Shown in pieces: positions 61,869 through 64,000 of a stretch of DNA of 64,000 bases. Every line of letters begins with the position of its first letter. The first letter of the stretch is position 1. Origin of the DNA: Malacoraja senta (taxonomy: Eukaryota); NCBI GenBank assembly GCA_038087875.1, contig JAXLNO010000446.1, positions 372,001-436,000 on the forward strand, written 5' to 3'. The position numbers and the translations under genes are program-made. Below the pieces are notes generated by a model. It searched no databases and was not told the origin of the DNA. It saw only the letters and a program-made list of their open reading frames with translations.

Positions 61869-64000
61869 TTTAGTTCAGAGATACAGCGCAGAAACAGGCT
61901 CTTCGGCCCACTGAGTCCACGCTGACCAGAAATCCCCGTACAATAAAACACTGTCCTACACACTAGTGAAAGTTTACAATTTTACCGAAGCCAATTAACC
62001 TACAAACCTGTACGTCTTTGGAGTGTGGGAGGAAATCGGAGCACCTGGAGAAAACCCACGCGGTCACTGGGAGAACGTACAAACTCCGTATAGAGAGCAC
62101 CCGAAGTCAGGATCTAACCACTCTACCGCTGCGCCATTGTGCTGCCAGGAGTTGTGTTCTCTCACAGGGGTGAACTAAAAGAGTACTGCTCCTATATGGT
62201 AAATGTTCCCACGTTAAAGTCCAGCTATCCCCATTACGTGCCCAAGCCCACAGTGAACTTTACGCTGGCTGGTGCCATGTAACAGCTGGGTTACACAAAT
62301 AGTTCCTCGTACCTTGAGCAATGCTACTTCCCTCTATCACCGTCCAGCGGCTTTTCCAAAATATATTCCCATTTTTTCCACTTGCTCATAAGTCTCAGAG
62401 TTGGAATGGAAACAGCATTAGCAAACAGCTGCAGACTTTAAATAAAAGCCGATCCCCACAGATGACATCGAGAACAGGTTACGCAAAGTAGAAAACACAA
62501 ACAACGGCACTCTGAGGCACCTCCTGTTTCCACAGCAAGACCAGTGTGTGAGAGACCTGAATACCATGAGGGAATAGGGCTATGGAGATGAGACGCTGGA
62601 TGTAACAAACAAATCCTACGAGGATAATGTAATGTGTTGTGTAAGAAAGAACTGCAGATGCTGGTTTAAATGGCAGGTAGACACAAAATGCTGCAGTAAC
62701 TCAGCGGGTGAGACAGCATCTCTGGAGAGAAGGAATGGGCGACGTTTCTGTAATGTGTTGTGATGTACTTGCACTTATGGCGACACAGTGGTGAAGCCGC
62801 TGCCTCACAGCATCAGATCAATCTTGACGTTGGGTACTGTCTGTGTGGAGTTTGCACGTTCTTCCTGTGACTGCATGGGCTTTCCCTGGGTGGTTCGGTA
62901 TCCTCCCACATCCCAAAGACGTGCAGGTGTGTAGGTTAACAGGCTGTCTGTAAATTGCGCCTTGTGTGTAGGTGGTGGTGTAAAAGTGGGATAGCATGGA
63001 ACCAGTGTGATTGACGGTCAGCCTGGGCTCGATGGGCTGAAGAGCCCATCTACAAGCTGTGTCAATTCAACAAGGCTTTTGATACTTTCTCATTTCCCAG
63101 CTGTGATGAAGGGCTTCCAACCCAATACATTAACTCCGTTTCTCTTTCCAGAGATACTGCCCGACCTGCTGAGTGCTTCCGGTATTTTCTAGCTGTATTT
63201 ACGTAAAAATGCAAGAGACAAGAGCAGCAGCAGGCGGGTCAGACCCACAGAAACACAATCAGACCAAGGCTGGTCAATCGCCTCGGCAACCGTCTCACCT
63301 CACTTTCCACTGGAAAGACCATTCGACCCATCAAGCCCTGCCTGCTGGGCCATGTAGCTCACATCCCTTGATTCCCTTTAAAAGGGATCCTTTGTAAAAT
63401 CCCTCATTAAAAATATATCGATCCCCACCTTGAATATACCAAGTGATCTTAGGCATAGAGCTGTACAGCACGGAAACAGGCCCTTCGGCCCACCTTGTCC
63501 ATGCCGGCTAAGTTTGTATATTGGCCTCATCCCATTAACCAGCTATATCTCTGAAATATATATATTAGAGGGATATCTCCAATATCCCTCTTAGAAAGAT
63601 ATTTTTTGTCCTTATATAGGATCCATTATATCCCTCAGTCTATAAGGGATATAACATTACTATCTACCTCATTGGTCATCCTCGGACTATCCTTGATCAG
63701 ACTTTACTGGCTTTACCTTTTACTAAACGCTATTCCCTTATCATGTATCGGTACACTGTAAGTGGGTCGATTGTAATCATGTATTGTCTTTCTGCTGACT
63801 GGCTAGCACGCAACAAAGGCTTTTCACTGTTCCTCGGTACACGTAACAATAAACTAAACTAAACTGTACCTTCAGTGAAGAAGGGTTTCGACCCGAACCG
63901 TCACCCCTTCCTTCTCTCTAGAGATGCTGCATGTTCCTCTGAGTTACACTAGCTTTTTGTGTCTATCTGGTTTAAATCAGCATCTGCAGCTCCTTCCTAC

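Noticed and set aside
62160..62640. Muscle-type enhancer (two AACAGCTG E-boxes, CArG-like CCTATATGG)
   Set aside because: The CArG-like site has only five A/T bases and E-boxes are common, so the evidence is too weak.

Overview
Eukaryotic, repeat-dense vertebrate DNA, most likely a cartilaginous fish such as a skate or ray (inferred from HE1/V-SINE-like and HER1/CR1-like repeats). It consists of three contigs separated by two 200-N gaps (5532-5731, 39606-39805). Two host genes are recognisable: one internal exon of WDR17 (+, 924-1022) and exons 2-5 of SPCS3 (-, 43612-53342). SPCS3 intron 2 is a minor-spliceosome (U12) AT-AC intron. I could not find SPCS3 exon 1 or the last WDR17 exons. The rest is mostly mobile DNA: a nearly full-length decayed CR1-type LINE, many CR1 fragments, Rex-Babar, L2 and RTE fragments, two Penelope-like (GIY-YIG) fragments whose tails carry minimal hammerhead-ribozyme cores, about 20 tRNA-derived SINEs, hAT- and Harbinger-type MITEs, an unclassified GC-rich non-coding family, and several minisatellites, including a 66-bp unit derived from the Penelope tail. 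Most long ORFs in the track are repeat artefacts. Gene and family names rest on my recall of known sequences, not on a search. Exon, TSD, TIR and motif coordinates were counted base by base; repeat boundaries are approximate. I cannot demonstrate a new biological system. The best leads are the hammerhead/66-bp array module, the GC-rich family and the SINE-loaded U12 intron.
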